Positions 29,084 through 39,122 are shown, numbered from the stretch's first letter. The stretch: 64,000 nt of DNA from an uncultured archaeon (GCA_964558645.1 CAZLEV010000002.1:128001-192000); one strand, 5' to 3'. Notes: generated by a model not told the origin, from the letters alone. Numbers and translations: made by a program.

Positions 29084-30223
29084 CTAGTCCTTCCTTCTCA
29101 TTGAGAACCTGTCACGGAAGCTCCGCGTTGCTTTCTCGTGCTTGCGCCGCTCGCGTTCTGCCTTCTTCTGCTTGGAACAATTGATACGGGCAGTACGATG
29201 CAGCTCGTGCATTCGATCGGCCGCCTTCTTCTCCCCTTTCTTACGAAGCAGCTTTCGTGCTTGTTCCCATGCATCAGCTGCTGCACAGAAGTCATTGAGG
29301 CGAGCATAGGTGGTGGCTGCTGCGTTCCAGATACTGGGGTCATCCTTGACCAGACGGGTCAGCCTTCTGAAGGCCTTCCGAGCCTGTTCCCACTCCTCGA
29401 GCTCAACACTGATGAAGCCTAAGTTCTTCAGGGCAGGAGCATAGTCATGCTTCTTGACAAGGGCCCGTTTGAAGTGTTTAGTGGCCTCTCGTTCCATCCC
29501 CTTCCTGAACGCAGCCATGCCCATGGTATTCTCTATTGTGGGGTCTTCCGGGTCCAGGTGTGCTGCCTCCTTCAGAGCCTTCATGGCGGGTCCGAACTTG
29601 TCGGCCCGCAGATAGATATCCCCAAGAGCCCGCCATGGCTCAAGCCCATCAGGAGCCAACTCTGTGGCGCGCTTTGCGGAATCGATTGCTTCACTCCATC
29701 TCTCATCCAATGAGAATGCAATACCTCGGTGAACGAGAGCAGGAACTGCATCGGGATTTAGTTCCAATGCTCGATTATAGCTCTCAACACTCTGTCGAGT
29801 GTGTCCAAGCTCCAGTTCGATATCTCCACGCCGTATCCAGATACCCCACTCATCAGGAGCCTTCTCGAGAAGGCGGCGGATTGTCTCAAGCTCCTCTTTT
29901 GACTTGCCAGCGATACGCAGTGCAAATGCTTTGTCCTTCAGGGCTTGAACGTTCCCAGGAGAGAGCTCCAGTGCAGTATCAAAGGAGTCGAGTGCCTTGT
30001 CCGCATTCTCTGGTCCGATGGAGAGCAATACACGACCACGGTTGGTGTAAGCCTCAGCAAGCTCAGGATTTAATCGAATAGCCCGGTCGAGGGCTCGAAT
30101 GGCAGCGCCAAAGTCCTTCATCTGTGCAAGAAGGACACCTTTGCTGTTCCAAGCAGAAGCATCATTGGGACTCTCCTTCAAGTGCTTCTCTATTTCATTG
30201 AGGGCTTCCTGAACTGAGGGCAT
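29084..30223 (-). CDS. TPR-repeat protein with basic C-terminal tail
   Basis: Repeated 34-aa units such as AWNSKG..A...A..LNP and AYTNRG. Confidence 0.92.
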   Translation of the reverse strand: MPSVQEALNEIEKHLKESPNDASAWNSKGVLLAQMKDFGAAIRALDRAIRLNPELAEAYTNRGRVLLSIGPENADKALDSFDTALELSPGNVQALKDKAFALRIAGKSKEELETIRRLLEKAPDEWGIWIRRGDIELELGHTRQSVESYNRALELNPDAVPALVHRGIAFSLDERWSEAIDSAKRATELAPDGLEPWRALGDIYLRADKFGPAMKALKEAAHLDPEDPTIENTMGMAAFRKGMEREATKHFKRALVKKHDYAPALKNLGFISVELEEWEQARKAFRRLTRLVKDDPSIWNAAATTYARLNDFCAAADAWEQARKLLRKKGEKKAADRMHELHRTARINCSKQKKAERERRKHEKATRSFRDRFSMRRKD

Positions 30224-30318
30224 CGTGTCTCAGGGGATACCCCACAAGAGATACAGAAAAGGATTGACATGAGCACATCTGACAATAGAGTGATAAGTGG
30301 AGTCGAGGTCGCTCAGAA

Positions 30319-31071
30319 GTGAGAGTCATGCGTCTGGCTAACCATAGAGCAGTCATATTCGATCTTGGAGGTACGTTGTATGAGCCAGCAGGAGAGTTCT
30401 GTGGAGTCATCAGAAGGTTTCTGGAAGAGATAGGTGTCGGCCTCGATGACGAGGTGAGCGACGAGGAACTATCTCAGACCCTTGCAAGTAGCGCAGAGAG
30501 GTGGCTCGAAGAGTACATGGTGTCCGAGGGCGTAGGGCAGTACTGGGAACCATCGCGAGATATCTGGTTGGAGTATGACAAGAAGTTTCTATCAGCACTG
30601 GGAATAGAGGGCGACCTCGATGACCTGGCACACCAGTACCAGAACAGATGGGACAGGTTGATACAGGGGCTCACTGCCACGCTTCTTCCCAAGGTGAAGG
30701 AGTCCCTTGAGACCCTACGACAGGGCGGTTTGCGCCTTGCCATAGCCTCCAACAGATTCGGTGATCCATCGGGCTACCTCGAGCGAGATGGAATCACAGA
30801 CCTCTTCGAGACCGTCGAATACACAAACGTCCCAGGATATCGCAAGCCGTCGCCGTTCATGCTGTTGAAGGTGGCATCCACGCTTGGTCTCAATCCCAGA
30901 CTCTGCATGTATGTCGGAAACATGGTTCAGTACGATGTGGCAGCTGCTGAGAGAGCAGAGATGACATCGGTTCTGCTAACGTGGGTTGACACCGAAGAAG
31001 TTGATAAGGCACCGTCCACTACGCATGTTTTCGACAGCATTGGTGCCTTTGTTGATGCCATTGCGGAATAG
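30319..31071 (+). CDS. HAD-superfamily hydrolase
   Basis: IFDLGGTL, LAIASN, RKPSP and YVGNMVQYD. Confidence 0.88.
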   Translation: MRVMRLANHRAVIFDLGGTLYEPAGEFCGVIRRFLEEIGVGLDDEVSDEELSQTLASSAERWLEEYMVSEGVGQYWEPSRDIWLEYDKKFLSALGIEGDLDDLAHQYQNRWDRLIQGLTATLLPKVKESLETLRQGGLRLAIASNRFGDPSGYLERDGITDLFETVEYTNVPGYRKPSPFMLLKVASTLGLNPRLCMYVGNMVQYDVAAAERAEMTSVLLTWVDTEEVDKAPSTTHVFDSIGAFVDAIAE

Positions 31072-31083
31072 GAGAGCAGCGAG

Positions 31084-31428
31084 ATGAAGCCACCAGACGA
31101 AGAGATCATAGAAGTGAAATGTGCCAAAGACAGGGCCGAGGTGACCGTCTCCGTTGGCCAGCTGTTCTGCCACTGGTGGACACGACATGGCTCGGTCGGA
31201 GTGGACAAGGACTTCACCATCATCGACGAGGATATTGTTGCTCTTCAAGGCAGTGAGTGCGAGTACTTGTATCCTGAGAGGATGAAGCCAGGCTGGACTG
31301 GGGGCGACAAGGAGCGCTGCAGATGGATCTTCAAGGCCCTCAGAACTGGAACAACTGAGATCATCTTTCGGGATATATTCAGATTTGAGGTAGAGGACCA
31401 GTGCACTCTGAAGGTCCAAGTCGAGTAA
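31084..31428 (+). CDS. Small beta-rich protein, possibly chagasin/I42 cysteine-protease-inhibitor-like
   Basis: Ig-like pattern VTVSVGQLF...GSVG...GWTGGD...WIFKALRTGTTEIIF. The canonical NPTTGY and RPW loops are not conserved. Confidence 0.5.
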   Translation: MKPPDEEIIEVKCAKDRAEVTVSVGQLFCHWWTRHGSVGVDKDFTIIDEDIVALQGSECEYLYPERMKPGWTGGDKERCRWIFKALRTGTTEIIFRDIFRFEVEDQCTLKVQVE

Positions 31429-31447
31429 TCGCATCCAGACCGATGCT

Positions 31448-32266
31448 CTAGGAGATATGCTGTGCCACAGTGTGAATCCCTGCACGTAGACCCTCGACAA
31501 GGTCACCCTTGGTTCCCCAGACGAAGGTATAGCGCGGGGTGTAGATGAGCCGTTGATCCGAATGGATGACTTCTCGGAGTCTCGCAAGACCCTCGTTGTA
31601 TTGCTCCTGCGTGATTTTGTGTAGCATCGAGTAGCCCCGCTTCTGTACGGTCTCGAGGTATGCCTCTCCAAGGTCGACTGTTGGGAACTCGTACGTATCC
31701 GACCGAACCTTCACGAAGTGATTGTCCAGCATTGCGGCCTCGATGTTTCTGATTCTTGGATATCTGCTCTTGTCAATCTTCACAGTCGCAGGAAAGAAAC
31801 GTGAAGTAACTCGACTGTCGATCTGCGCATGAGACTGCGTGACGACACAGAGCTGGCCGTGGTTGCGCAACACCCTGTTTGCTGCTGCGATTGCGGTACG
31901 GAAGTCAGGCAGGTGATGGATCACCTCAGTCATGTAAGTGAGATCAAACGAGCAGGTCCTGAAGGGCATCAAGTCAGCCGAAGACTGGATGAGGTTGAGC
32001 TGAGAGCCCTTCTGGCAGGCCTTGTCCAGCATCCCTCGTGAGAGGTCGATTCCCACCACTCGAGTGTTCGAGGCCTTCATGAAGAGCAACGTGTTGTTGC
32101 ACGTTCCGCAACCGATATCGAGAATGAGGTTGCCCTCGTTGACAGATGCACCCTTCAGCATTTCGTGGACCATCTGCGGATTACCGCTCCGAACCTGGTC
32201 GTATACCTTCGAAACACTGTCGTAGTCAATGGACTTCGAACGGTCACCAGTCCCAGCATCAGTCAT
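31448..32266 (-). CDS. Class I SAM-dependent methyltransferase (UbiE-like)
   Basis: ILDIGCGT, GIDLSRGML, MPF..SFD and VIHH...RVLR. Confidence 0.9.
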   Translation of the reverse strand: MTDAGTGDRSKSIDYDSVSKVYDQVRSGNPQMVHEMLKGASVNEGNLILDIGCGTCNNTLLFMKASNTRVVGIDLSRGMLDKACQKGSQLNLIQSSADLMPFRTCSFDLTYMTEVIHHLPDFRTAIAAANRVLRNHGQLCVVTQSHAQIDSRVTSRFFPATVKIDKSRYPRIRNIEAAMLDNHFVKVRSDTYEFPTVDLGEAYLETVQKRGYSMLHKITQEQYNEGLARLREVIHSDQRLIYTPRYTFVWGTKGDLVEGLRAGIHTVAQHIS

Positions 32267-32474
32267 CTTGCAGTGACTCCTTCAGGCGACCAACCGATAG
32301 ATGCCTTATATCTAGTCTTCTCTCCAAGTACCACCAGACTGAAGATGTGACAATAGTTGGCTGTGGCGACGGGCATCAATGATAACAAGAAAACTATAAG
32401 CAGATTACTCTCACCACTCGTCTGTAGGTAAGACACCTGACATTCAAGATGAACGATCTGGTTCCAATGCAGCG

Positions 32475-33452
32475 ATGTCAGGTTTGGAGAAAGAATTCGC
32501 AGTCACACGGAGGATTACGAGAGTGAGTAATGAGATAAGAGAGGAGGAGAAGGCACCTTCGCATGATTCATCAGCAACTGGTAGAATCTTGGCCGTCGCT
32601 GAAGTCATCATTGTGAGATTTGTAGTCTTTGCCCTGCTAGCCCGTGGCCTGCTTCAGCTTGTATACGGGACAGTCAGTCCAGATCCGACACTCCTTGAGG
32701 TACCATACCTCATAGGGAGTCTGTGGTTCCTGATACCAGTGCTGATGATTCTTGGACTCAGACGAAATCCTGGTGTGTACGGCCTCACTACTGAGCGAGG
32801 ACCGGAGAGTATTGAGCTTGTGCTCGAAGCCTTTCCATTCTTTGTGCTGACAAACGTTGGATTCATCATCCTGGTGTTCATGGGCTGGTCGTACTTGGAA
32901 CCTCTGGGGGCTCTTGTCCTAACAGCGTTCTTCGTGCTTGCACTCATGTTGATCACTAATCTTATTCAGAAGAAGTATTCCAACTTCGAACAGCTGGAAG
33001 TCTCTAGGAGGATACACATCAAGAACATGCTTGTGCTTCTCATAGTACTACTATTGCCGATCATCCTGGCCCTGCCTCTGGGGAAGCTTTCAATCACCCT
33101 CGTATCGGTTGTAGTCTGGCAGTTCATCTTCTCGGGCTTCGGGGAGGAGATCTTCTTCCGAGGCTATATCCAGTCGAGGTTGAATGACGCCTTCGGAAGA
33201 CCCTATGAGTGGAGAGGAATCCAGTTCGGTGCAGGCCTCTTCATCGCAGCAGGTATCTTCTCCGTCACGCATATGCTGAACACTGCAGACATATGGGCCG
33301 GTGACTTCAATCTTGCGTGGTGGTGGGGCTCCTTCACGTTTGTGGGAGGGCTCCTCTTCGGCCTGCTACGCGAAAAGACAGGGTCTGTCTTGGCCCCCGG
33401 CCTCCTGCATGGGCTTGAGGCAGTAGGCGAAGGTCTCGGGCTGCTCTTGTAG
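32475..33452 (+). CDS. CPBP/Abi (Rce1-like) intramembrane glutamic protease
   Basis: GEEIFFRGY, FSVTH and LREKTGSVLAPGLLH motifs with multiple TMs. Confidence 0.92.
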   Translation: MSGLEKEFAVTRRITRVSNEIREEEKAPSHDSSATGRILAVAEVIIVRFVVFALLARGLLQLVYGTVSPDPTLLEVPYLIGSLWFLIPVLMILGLRRNPGVYGLTTERGPESIELVLEAFPFFVLTNVGFIILVFMGWSYLEPLGALVLTAFFVLALMLITNLIQKKYSNFEQLEVSRRIHIKNMLVLLIVLLLPIILALPLGKLSITLVSVVVWQFIFSGFGEEIFFRGYIQSRLNDAFGRPYEWRGIQFGAGLFIAAGIFSVTHMLNTADIWAGDFNLAWWWGSFTFVGGLLFGLLREKTGSVLAPGLLHGLEAVGEGLGLLL

Positions 33453-34186
33453 CACCTAGCAGTGGTGTTGCCGTCAGAGGCAAACCGTGCCCCTGCAGCG
33501 GAAACCCTAACCAGGTGATCGGTGCCAGTATCTAAGGTCATCAGCAGATACCGCTCATCTGAAGACGCATAAATCGGTAGGTTGTGGAGTTGGCTGCAAC
33601 CCTTGGCGGCATCCTGTTTTGGTCTGTTTCACTTCTTGATAAACCATTTCTGACACATTGAGGCACCTCAACCTGTCGGAACCTTCTGTGTTCAGCCTGT
33701 CCCCTGCCAGCGTCACCGCCCCCAGCAGTCCCAGAGGACCTGAGGCAGCAGAGGCTTTGTCCGTGCTCATCGGGATGGGATTCCTCCCACGGTCCTGGCT
33801 TCCTCCTCCTGTGCGTGTCCTGAGGCATCACGCTCAGCCACAGTGAGGCTTTCCACAGTTCTTACCACGGCGGGTTCATGATCACCCTTGTTGGCTCCGT
33901 CACCGAAGGCAGCAAGGCTCGATTGAGCAAGGTGAACAGCCGCGGACTCTCCGGGAGCTGATGCGATCCCTTTGGGGAGGAGTATGGACTTCCGTCGAGA
34001 AGTCTGGAACTTCCCTCGGACCTTCGGCCGCGAGCTCCGTGCTACAGCACTGGCCCAATTGCCTAGTCCAGTATGCTAGTCGTGACGCTGGTCGATAATC
34101 TCCTCCCGGTATGGTCTCTTCAGGGGAAAACAAGCAAGAATCTGACACTTTACCTAGAAAAAGGGCATGTTTGCATTTCTCTTGAT

Positions 34187-35509
34187 TCATCGTCGTTTCT
34201 TGCGTGCTTCTCGTCGTGCCTTGCGTTCCGTCCGGTTCTGAAGGATCAGATGGATTGCGGGCAGACTCAAGACGAGGCCGATGATTATCACAGGGCCTGC
34301 CGCTACCAGCCCTCCAATGATGTCAATATTGGGAAACGCCCATCCGCCCGGACTCGTTCCGAATTCCTCTTCTATGAGGTCAAGGTACCACTGAGGAATG
34401 GTGTATTCTGGTTCTTCTATCACATAGATCTCTTCCTCCAGCGCATCGAGATGGCCACACATATCCAGAATATCCAATGCACACTCCAACCACACGAATC
34501 GCTCGCTGCTCAGAGGGGCGTCTGGAAACGGAAGAAACGCGCCGTTCCGCGTCGTCTGACAGGCAAAGACCCAATCTACAATCTTTTCGGAGTCAACATA
34601 GGACAACGCAGTGAGGTTCTCCATGCACATCAAGAAGCGCCGTGTCTTTCGCAATGACTCGGTTATCGTGTGTCCTGAGGAATTATCCCAGTGCTGGAGG
34701 AGATAGTCCAGTGTGTCATCATGCCGGATGTGATCGTCCGCACCCAAGATTCGCAGAGACCAGAGACCGAGGGGTACGAAATCCAAGAGAGAATCTTGAC
34801 TCGGGCGACCCGAGAATCCTCCGTCGTCAGTGTAGCAAGAGAGAACGAAGTCAGTGGCCGCGTCTATGTCGATGGCGTCGAGGCCATCCATGAGATAGAG
34901 TGCCTCAAGAGCGAAATGGGTGACGATGAGATCTGCATACTCGAACACTTCGCTGTACCATTCGACGAAGCCTCCACTGGGTAGTTGTAGGCCTGCAATG
35001 TACTCAATCATAGTATCGTACTTGAGAAGATGTTCAAGACCAAATTCCGGAAAGATATGAAGGGCATCGTTGCAGGTGAAGACCCCGGGCCCGGAACCGG
35101 CTGAGCTGTTGATCAGCTGGTAGAAGTAGCTCCCGGGGTCATCATTATACAGGGACTCTAAGGTGGCTTTGCATGCGGACCAGTCGATTGTGTCAAGCGC
35201 GTCCAACGTCTGCAATGCATAATAGAAATTATCAATGTCACTCATAGATGGGTAGAGTCCCAAACGAGGATCCATGGGTGTGCCCCTTAAGAATGCATAG
35301 AAGTATCCGTCCTCGTGGTACAATGCAAGAATATAATCGATCATTGCCTGACGACGCGTCTTCATTTCTGCAAGAGAGAGCCCCCCGTCCACTGACAAGA
35401 CAGTCTGGTCAACGGACAGCCAAGGACTCGGAGGCGCCACTCTCATCATAGTACAGAGGAGGATGAGCACCATCAATCCTGCAGTCTTTGAGCGCGTTTC
35501 AGGAATCAA
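34187..35509 (-). CDS. Membrane-anchored prenyltransferase/squalene-cyclase-repeat (alpha-alpha toroid) protein
   Basis: Signal-like N-terminus, repeats LYHEDGYF, LQLPSGGF, CYTDDGGFSGRP and CQTTRNGAF, then a C-terminal TM and basic tail. Confidence 0.8.
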   Translation of the reverse strand: MIPETRSKTAGLMVLILLCTMMRVAPPSPWLSVDQTVLSVDGGLSLAEMKTRRQAMIDYILALYHEDGYFYAFLRGTPMDPRLGLYPSMSDIDNFYYALQTLDALDTIDWSACKATLESLYNDDPGSYFYQLINSSAGSGPGVFTCNDALHIFPEFGLEHLLKYDTMIEYIAGLQLPSGGFVEWYSEVFEYADLIVTHFALEALYLMDGLDAIDIDAATDFVLSCYTDDGGFSGRPSQDSLLDFVPLGLWSLRILGADDHIRHDDTLDYLLQHWDNSSGHTITESLRKTRRFLMCMENLTALSYVDSEKIVDWVFACQTTRNGAFLPFPDAPLSSERFVWLECALDILDMCGHLDALEEEIYVIEEPEYTIPQWYLDLIEEEFGTSPGGWAFPNIDIIGGLVAAGPVIIIGLVLSLPAIHLILQNRTERKARREARKKRR

Positions 35510-35545
35510 TCATTGTCACCTCATTCCAACTGGCAACTGCTCTGC

Positions 35546-36535
35546 CTAGTGAGTCCCGATTATCGGGCGAGAGGAAGATCCTCCAGCAGCCTCCCAGACG
35601 AACCCGGGTACACTCACATCCCCGACATGATGCCAATTATCGATAGCTGTCTCTAATGCGGAGAGGAATGCCCAGCACAAGACCAATGTGGCTAGCTCAG
35701 AAACTAGTTCCTCCAGAAAAATTGCTCCGATTCCCGACTTTGCACAAGCAGCAATTGCACCAACAATCGTTCCCACCGTGACTCCTGCTACCAGCGGAAG
35801 AATCAAGAGATTGGTTTCTATCTTGTTCTTCGTTCCCTCATACGCCACTGCTGAGCTGAGCGTTTCAGACCTGGAATACGCGCCATGCACCTTCCAGAAT
35901 GACTGGCTGATTATAGTTGCGGCTCCAATCGTAACAGGACCATAATATGCCATTACAACTTCTATCGAAGTACGATGTCGTAGCGCGGCTACCAAGTCAT
36001 AGTCCATATACGGGTGCTTTCCCAATGCATAACAAGAACTAAGATACAGTAGCTTGCAGCTGCCTTCTTCAAGAGACCACGCGTTGACAATGTTCTTGGT
36101 GAGTTTGCTATTGTATAATGTCACAACGGAATCTCTTATGTTCATGTCGTAATATCCGTGCGCCGATATATGGATTCTATCTGTAGTTTCTATGTATTGC
36201 ATTAGTTTGTTGACCGTGGCGCCTCTGTCCACTGCCGAGTAGATGCTGTATTTGTCGCCATATTTCTCATTGAATTCGACGAAGATATCTCTGACAGACG
36301 CCATCTCATAATACACATCTCCAGATTTCTCTGGGGACATGAAGGCAACAGGATAAGCATCCAGCACTGCAGAGGCTCTGAGAGATTGGGGGTCTATCCT
36401 CATATTGTTACCGGCAGTTCCGATGGCTACTAACCATGGAGTCATGACAAATGCGACTGTTATGGCCGGTAAAATCACATATAGCGTAAGTAACTTGAGG
36501 GCAATTCTCCTCGGAAACAAGTTTCCTTCCTCCAT
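35546..36535 (-). CDS. Membrane-anchored CHAT (caspase-like) cysteine protease
   Basis: ATVNKL, IHISAHG (His), LLYLSSC (Cys), VMAYYGPVTIGAA..ISQSFW and NWHHVGD. N-terminal TM. About 40% GC in sampled lines. Confidence 0.7.
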   Translation of the reverse strand: MEEGNLFPRRIALKLLTLYVILPAITVAFVMTPWLVAIGTAGNNMRIDPQSLRASAVLDAYPVAFMSPEKSGDVYYEMASVRDIFVEFNEKYGDKYSIYSAVDRGATVNKLMQYIETTDRIHISAHGYYDMNIRDSVVTLYNSKLTKNIVNAWSLEEGSCKLLYLSSCYALGKHPYMDYDLVAALRHRTSIEVVMAYYGPVTIGAATIISQSFWKVHGAYSRSETLSSAVAYEGTKNKIETNLLILPLVAGVTVGTIVGAIAACAKSGIGAIFLEELVSELATLVLCWAFLSALETAIDNWHHVGDVSVPGFVWEAAGGSSSRPIIGTH

Positions 36536-36874
36536 CCTTCCACATTACGTGCAACATTCAAGTATAGGCAGTCTTCCTTTATTTTTTTTTCGGCGGATTT
36601 TGGTTCAACGCAAAATGAACATGACATATTATCAAGATATGACATATGATTGCGTTGCACCAACTTCTCTCACTTCCAAAACCCCCTCAACAAAGTGATG
36701 TGAAGCCTTCGTATGTAGACTTCAACAGGACTTGCCTCATCTGCTAGTTGTTATGACCGGGGTCTCGGCGGTTTCCGTATGGCGACGCATCCATCTGTTG
36801 CTCCTAGCGATATGGGTGCACTCAAGTCTGAGATAGACACTTATTTCCATCCTCTACTGTACTACCCGGTAGGA

Positions 36875-37777
36875 ATGAACCGGTCAATTGCCAATCTGCT
36901 TGCCATCTTTGGAAGCGTACTGCTTGTAGTATCGGTGATAAGCTCGGTGTACCACGTGAACCTGCGAGCGGAGCAGCCGATAGATATTGGAACATTCAGT
37001 TTCATCTTGCGATCAGGTGGAAGCCTGTCTAGGCCTAATGAGCCAGAGTGGTATCCGCTCACGCACAGCATGTATGATCCCGGAAACATTACCATCCGCA
37101 AGATTCCAGTATTCGAGTCATTTGATGTTCTCCACCAGATTGCTTTCGGACTGTCTATTCTCGAAAATGGCACTGAGAATACGAATCCAGACCCGCTGCC
37201 TCCTAACATCCAGTATGATATGTGGCTTAATGTCAACTCATCAATCATAGTTGTTTCACCCCACAACAGTAGTGAGCATCCTCTTGACCAGATAGAGGCA
37301 CTCCAGCTGAACGAGTCAACAGCAGAACAATCATTCATTAGGCGACACATCAACATGAGGTTCGAAGTGGCTGAAGGCACGACCACCTTCCTCTATGACA
37401 GTGTACGGACAGGGAATAACACTCCATGTGATCCATCAGGGCTTCTCCTAAATCCCGAGGCCCTTACCGTAACCCTCAACCAGTCTTTAACGGTAGGGAT
37501 TGTGTCGAGATGGAGCGCTCGCTTCAACTCCACAGGTGGGTCAGACATCACCTATTCGGGAGAGGCGGTCACATGGCAATTTCTCCTCAATCGAACGGAC
37601 AATGAGACATGCTCTCTTGAGGGATTCTTCCGATGCTTCTTCGGGGATGACAGAGTGAAGGTGCTTGTCCCGTATACTCCCCTAGTCGAAGGGGTCGTCG
37701 CTGTGGGCGGAGTCATCATGCTGGCCATGGCTCTGTATCCATGGAAGAAGAAAGACGACCCTGTCATGGATACTTGA
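36875..37777 (+). CDS. Hypothetical membrane-anchored surface protein
   Basis: N- and C-terminal hydrophobic segments and many N-x-S/T sequons. Confidence 0.7.
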   Translation: MNRSIANLLAIFGSVLLVVSVISSVYHVNLRAEQPIDIGTFSFILRSGGSLSRPNEPEWYPLTHSMYDPGNITIRKIPVFESFDVLHQIAFGLSILENGTENTNPDPLPPNIQYDMWLNVNSSIIVVSPHNSSEHPLDQIEALQLNESTAEQSFIRRHINMRFEVAEGTTTFLYDSVRTGNNTPCDPSGLLLNPEALTVTLNQSLTVGIVSRWSARFNSTGGSDITYSGEAVTWQFLLNRTDNETCSLEGFFRCFFGDDRVKVLVPYTPLVEGVVAVGGVIMLAMALYPWKKKDDPVMDT

Positions 37778-37883
37778 GAGAGAGCCTTCTCACCTGATTG
37801 ACCCCCTTACGAAGGAACTATAAGCAAGCCACCATCCAGAGCCAACCATCCGACCTAGGACTACACCTGAGAGGTAGTTTGTC

Positions 37884-39122
37884 ATGCACTTTGAAGAATC
37901 AGATGAAGAAAAAATGTTCCGCGAGGCCGTGCGCGAGTTCGCTGAGAGATACGTTGCACCAGCCTGGCGAGACTATGATAAGAATCATGAGATTCCAAGA
38001 GATTTGATCAAGAAGATGGCTGAGATGCAACTCTGGGCCCCAACGGTCTCCGAGGAATACGGTGGCGCCGGCATCTCCATGACCATGGCCTGTATCGCCG
38101 CAGAGGAACTTGCGCGTGCAGACCTCTCAATCGCACTCCCGGTCATGTATCTGGTCGAGGCATCATGGGGATTCATCTTCGACCTCTACGGTACCCACGA
38201 GGCGAAGAGCGAGATCCTGCCACGGGTCACCAAGGGCGACCTGTTCTTCGGTATCGCCACCACGGAACCCACCGGCGGGTCAGACCTCGTCAACTCGACC
38301 AAGACCATCATCAAGCCCAAGGGCGACGGCTTCGTTGTCAATGGTGAGAAGGTATACATCTCCGGCGTCAACGAGTCCGAGAAATACGGCGGTGTCTACT
38401 TCACGCTAGCGAAGGAGGACCCCAAAGGCGACCACAAGGCTTTCACGTCCTTCATCCTACCGCTCAATATGGGCGACGGGCTCCATCCCGGCATCACCAC
38501 CACCCTGTTCGAGGACATGGGCCGGATGGGCGTCTCCACCGGCGGTTTCAACATCGAGGACGTCGAAATCCCCGAGCACTACATCATCGGTGAGCGCGGG
38601 CGTGGATTCTACTATTCGATGGCCGGTTTTTCAGCAGCCCGCTGCCTCATTGCGGCAACCTGTCTGGGTTCAGCACGAGGATGCTTCGATATAGGCGTAG
38701 ACTACGTGAAACAGCGCAAGCAGTTCGGCAGACCCCTTGCAGCCTTTGAGGGCATCCAGTTTGAGGGGGTTCACCGCTGGATGGCCATGGAGGCAGACAG
38801 GCTTCTCGCCTACAAGGCAGCCTGGCTCATGGATCAGCATTACCGCGAAAACAACAAGTCGGTCTCGCCGTTAGATATCGCACAATGGACTGCTGCAGCA
38901 AAATACAGAGCTCCACATGATGCTCTGGATTTGATTGAAACCGTCATGACTTGGCATGGAGCCTTCGGTTACACCAAGGAATGTCCCCTCGAAGCAGCAT
39001 ACAGAGGAGTTCGGTCATACACAGTTGGCGCTGAGGGTGGCTCGCACATCCAATTAGTCGTCCAAGCAAGAGAAATCTTCGGAAAGGAGAACCTTCCATA
39101 TCGCCAAGACAAGCAGCTTTAA
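37884..39122 (+). CDS. Acyl-CoA dehydrogenase
   Basis: EEYGGAG, EELARAD, ATTEPTGGSD, VNGEKVYIS, YVKQRKQFGRPL, HGAFGY and AEGGS. Confidence 0.95.
   Translation: MHFEESDEEKMFREAVREFAERYVAPAWRDYDKNHEIPRDLIKKMAEMQLWAPTVSEEYGGAGISMTMACIAAEELARADLSIALPVMYLVEASWGFIFDLYGTHEAKSEILPRVTKGDLFFGIATTEPTGGSDLVNSTKTIIKPKGDGFVVNGEKVYISGVNESEKYGGVYFTLAKEDPKGDHKAFTSFILPLNMGDGLHPGITTTLFEDMGRMGVSTGGFNIEDVEIPEHYIIGERGRGFYYSMAGFSAARCLIAATCLGSARGCFDIGVDYVKQRKQFGRPLAAFEGIQFEGVHRWMAMEADRLLAYKAAWLMDQHYRENNKSVSPLDIAQWTAAAKYRAPHDALDLIETVMTWHGAFGYTKECPLEAAYRGVRSYTVGAEGGSHIQLVVQAREIFGKENLPYRQDKQL

Noticed and set aside
33660-34020. RNase P RNA candidate (minus-strand GAGGGAAGTTCC and a downstream ACAGAAG)
   Set aside because: I found no complementary P4 partner ending in GCUUA, and the first motif overlaps a local hairpin.
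36621-36647. Direct repeat ATGACATAT x2 and a T-run upstream of the CHAT gene
   Set aside because: It is short and in an AT-rich spacer, so it could be chance. Not enough support to call an operator.
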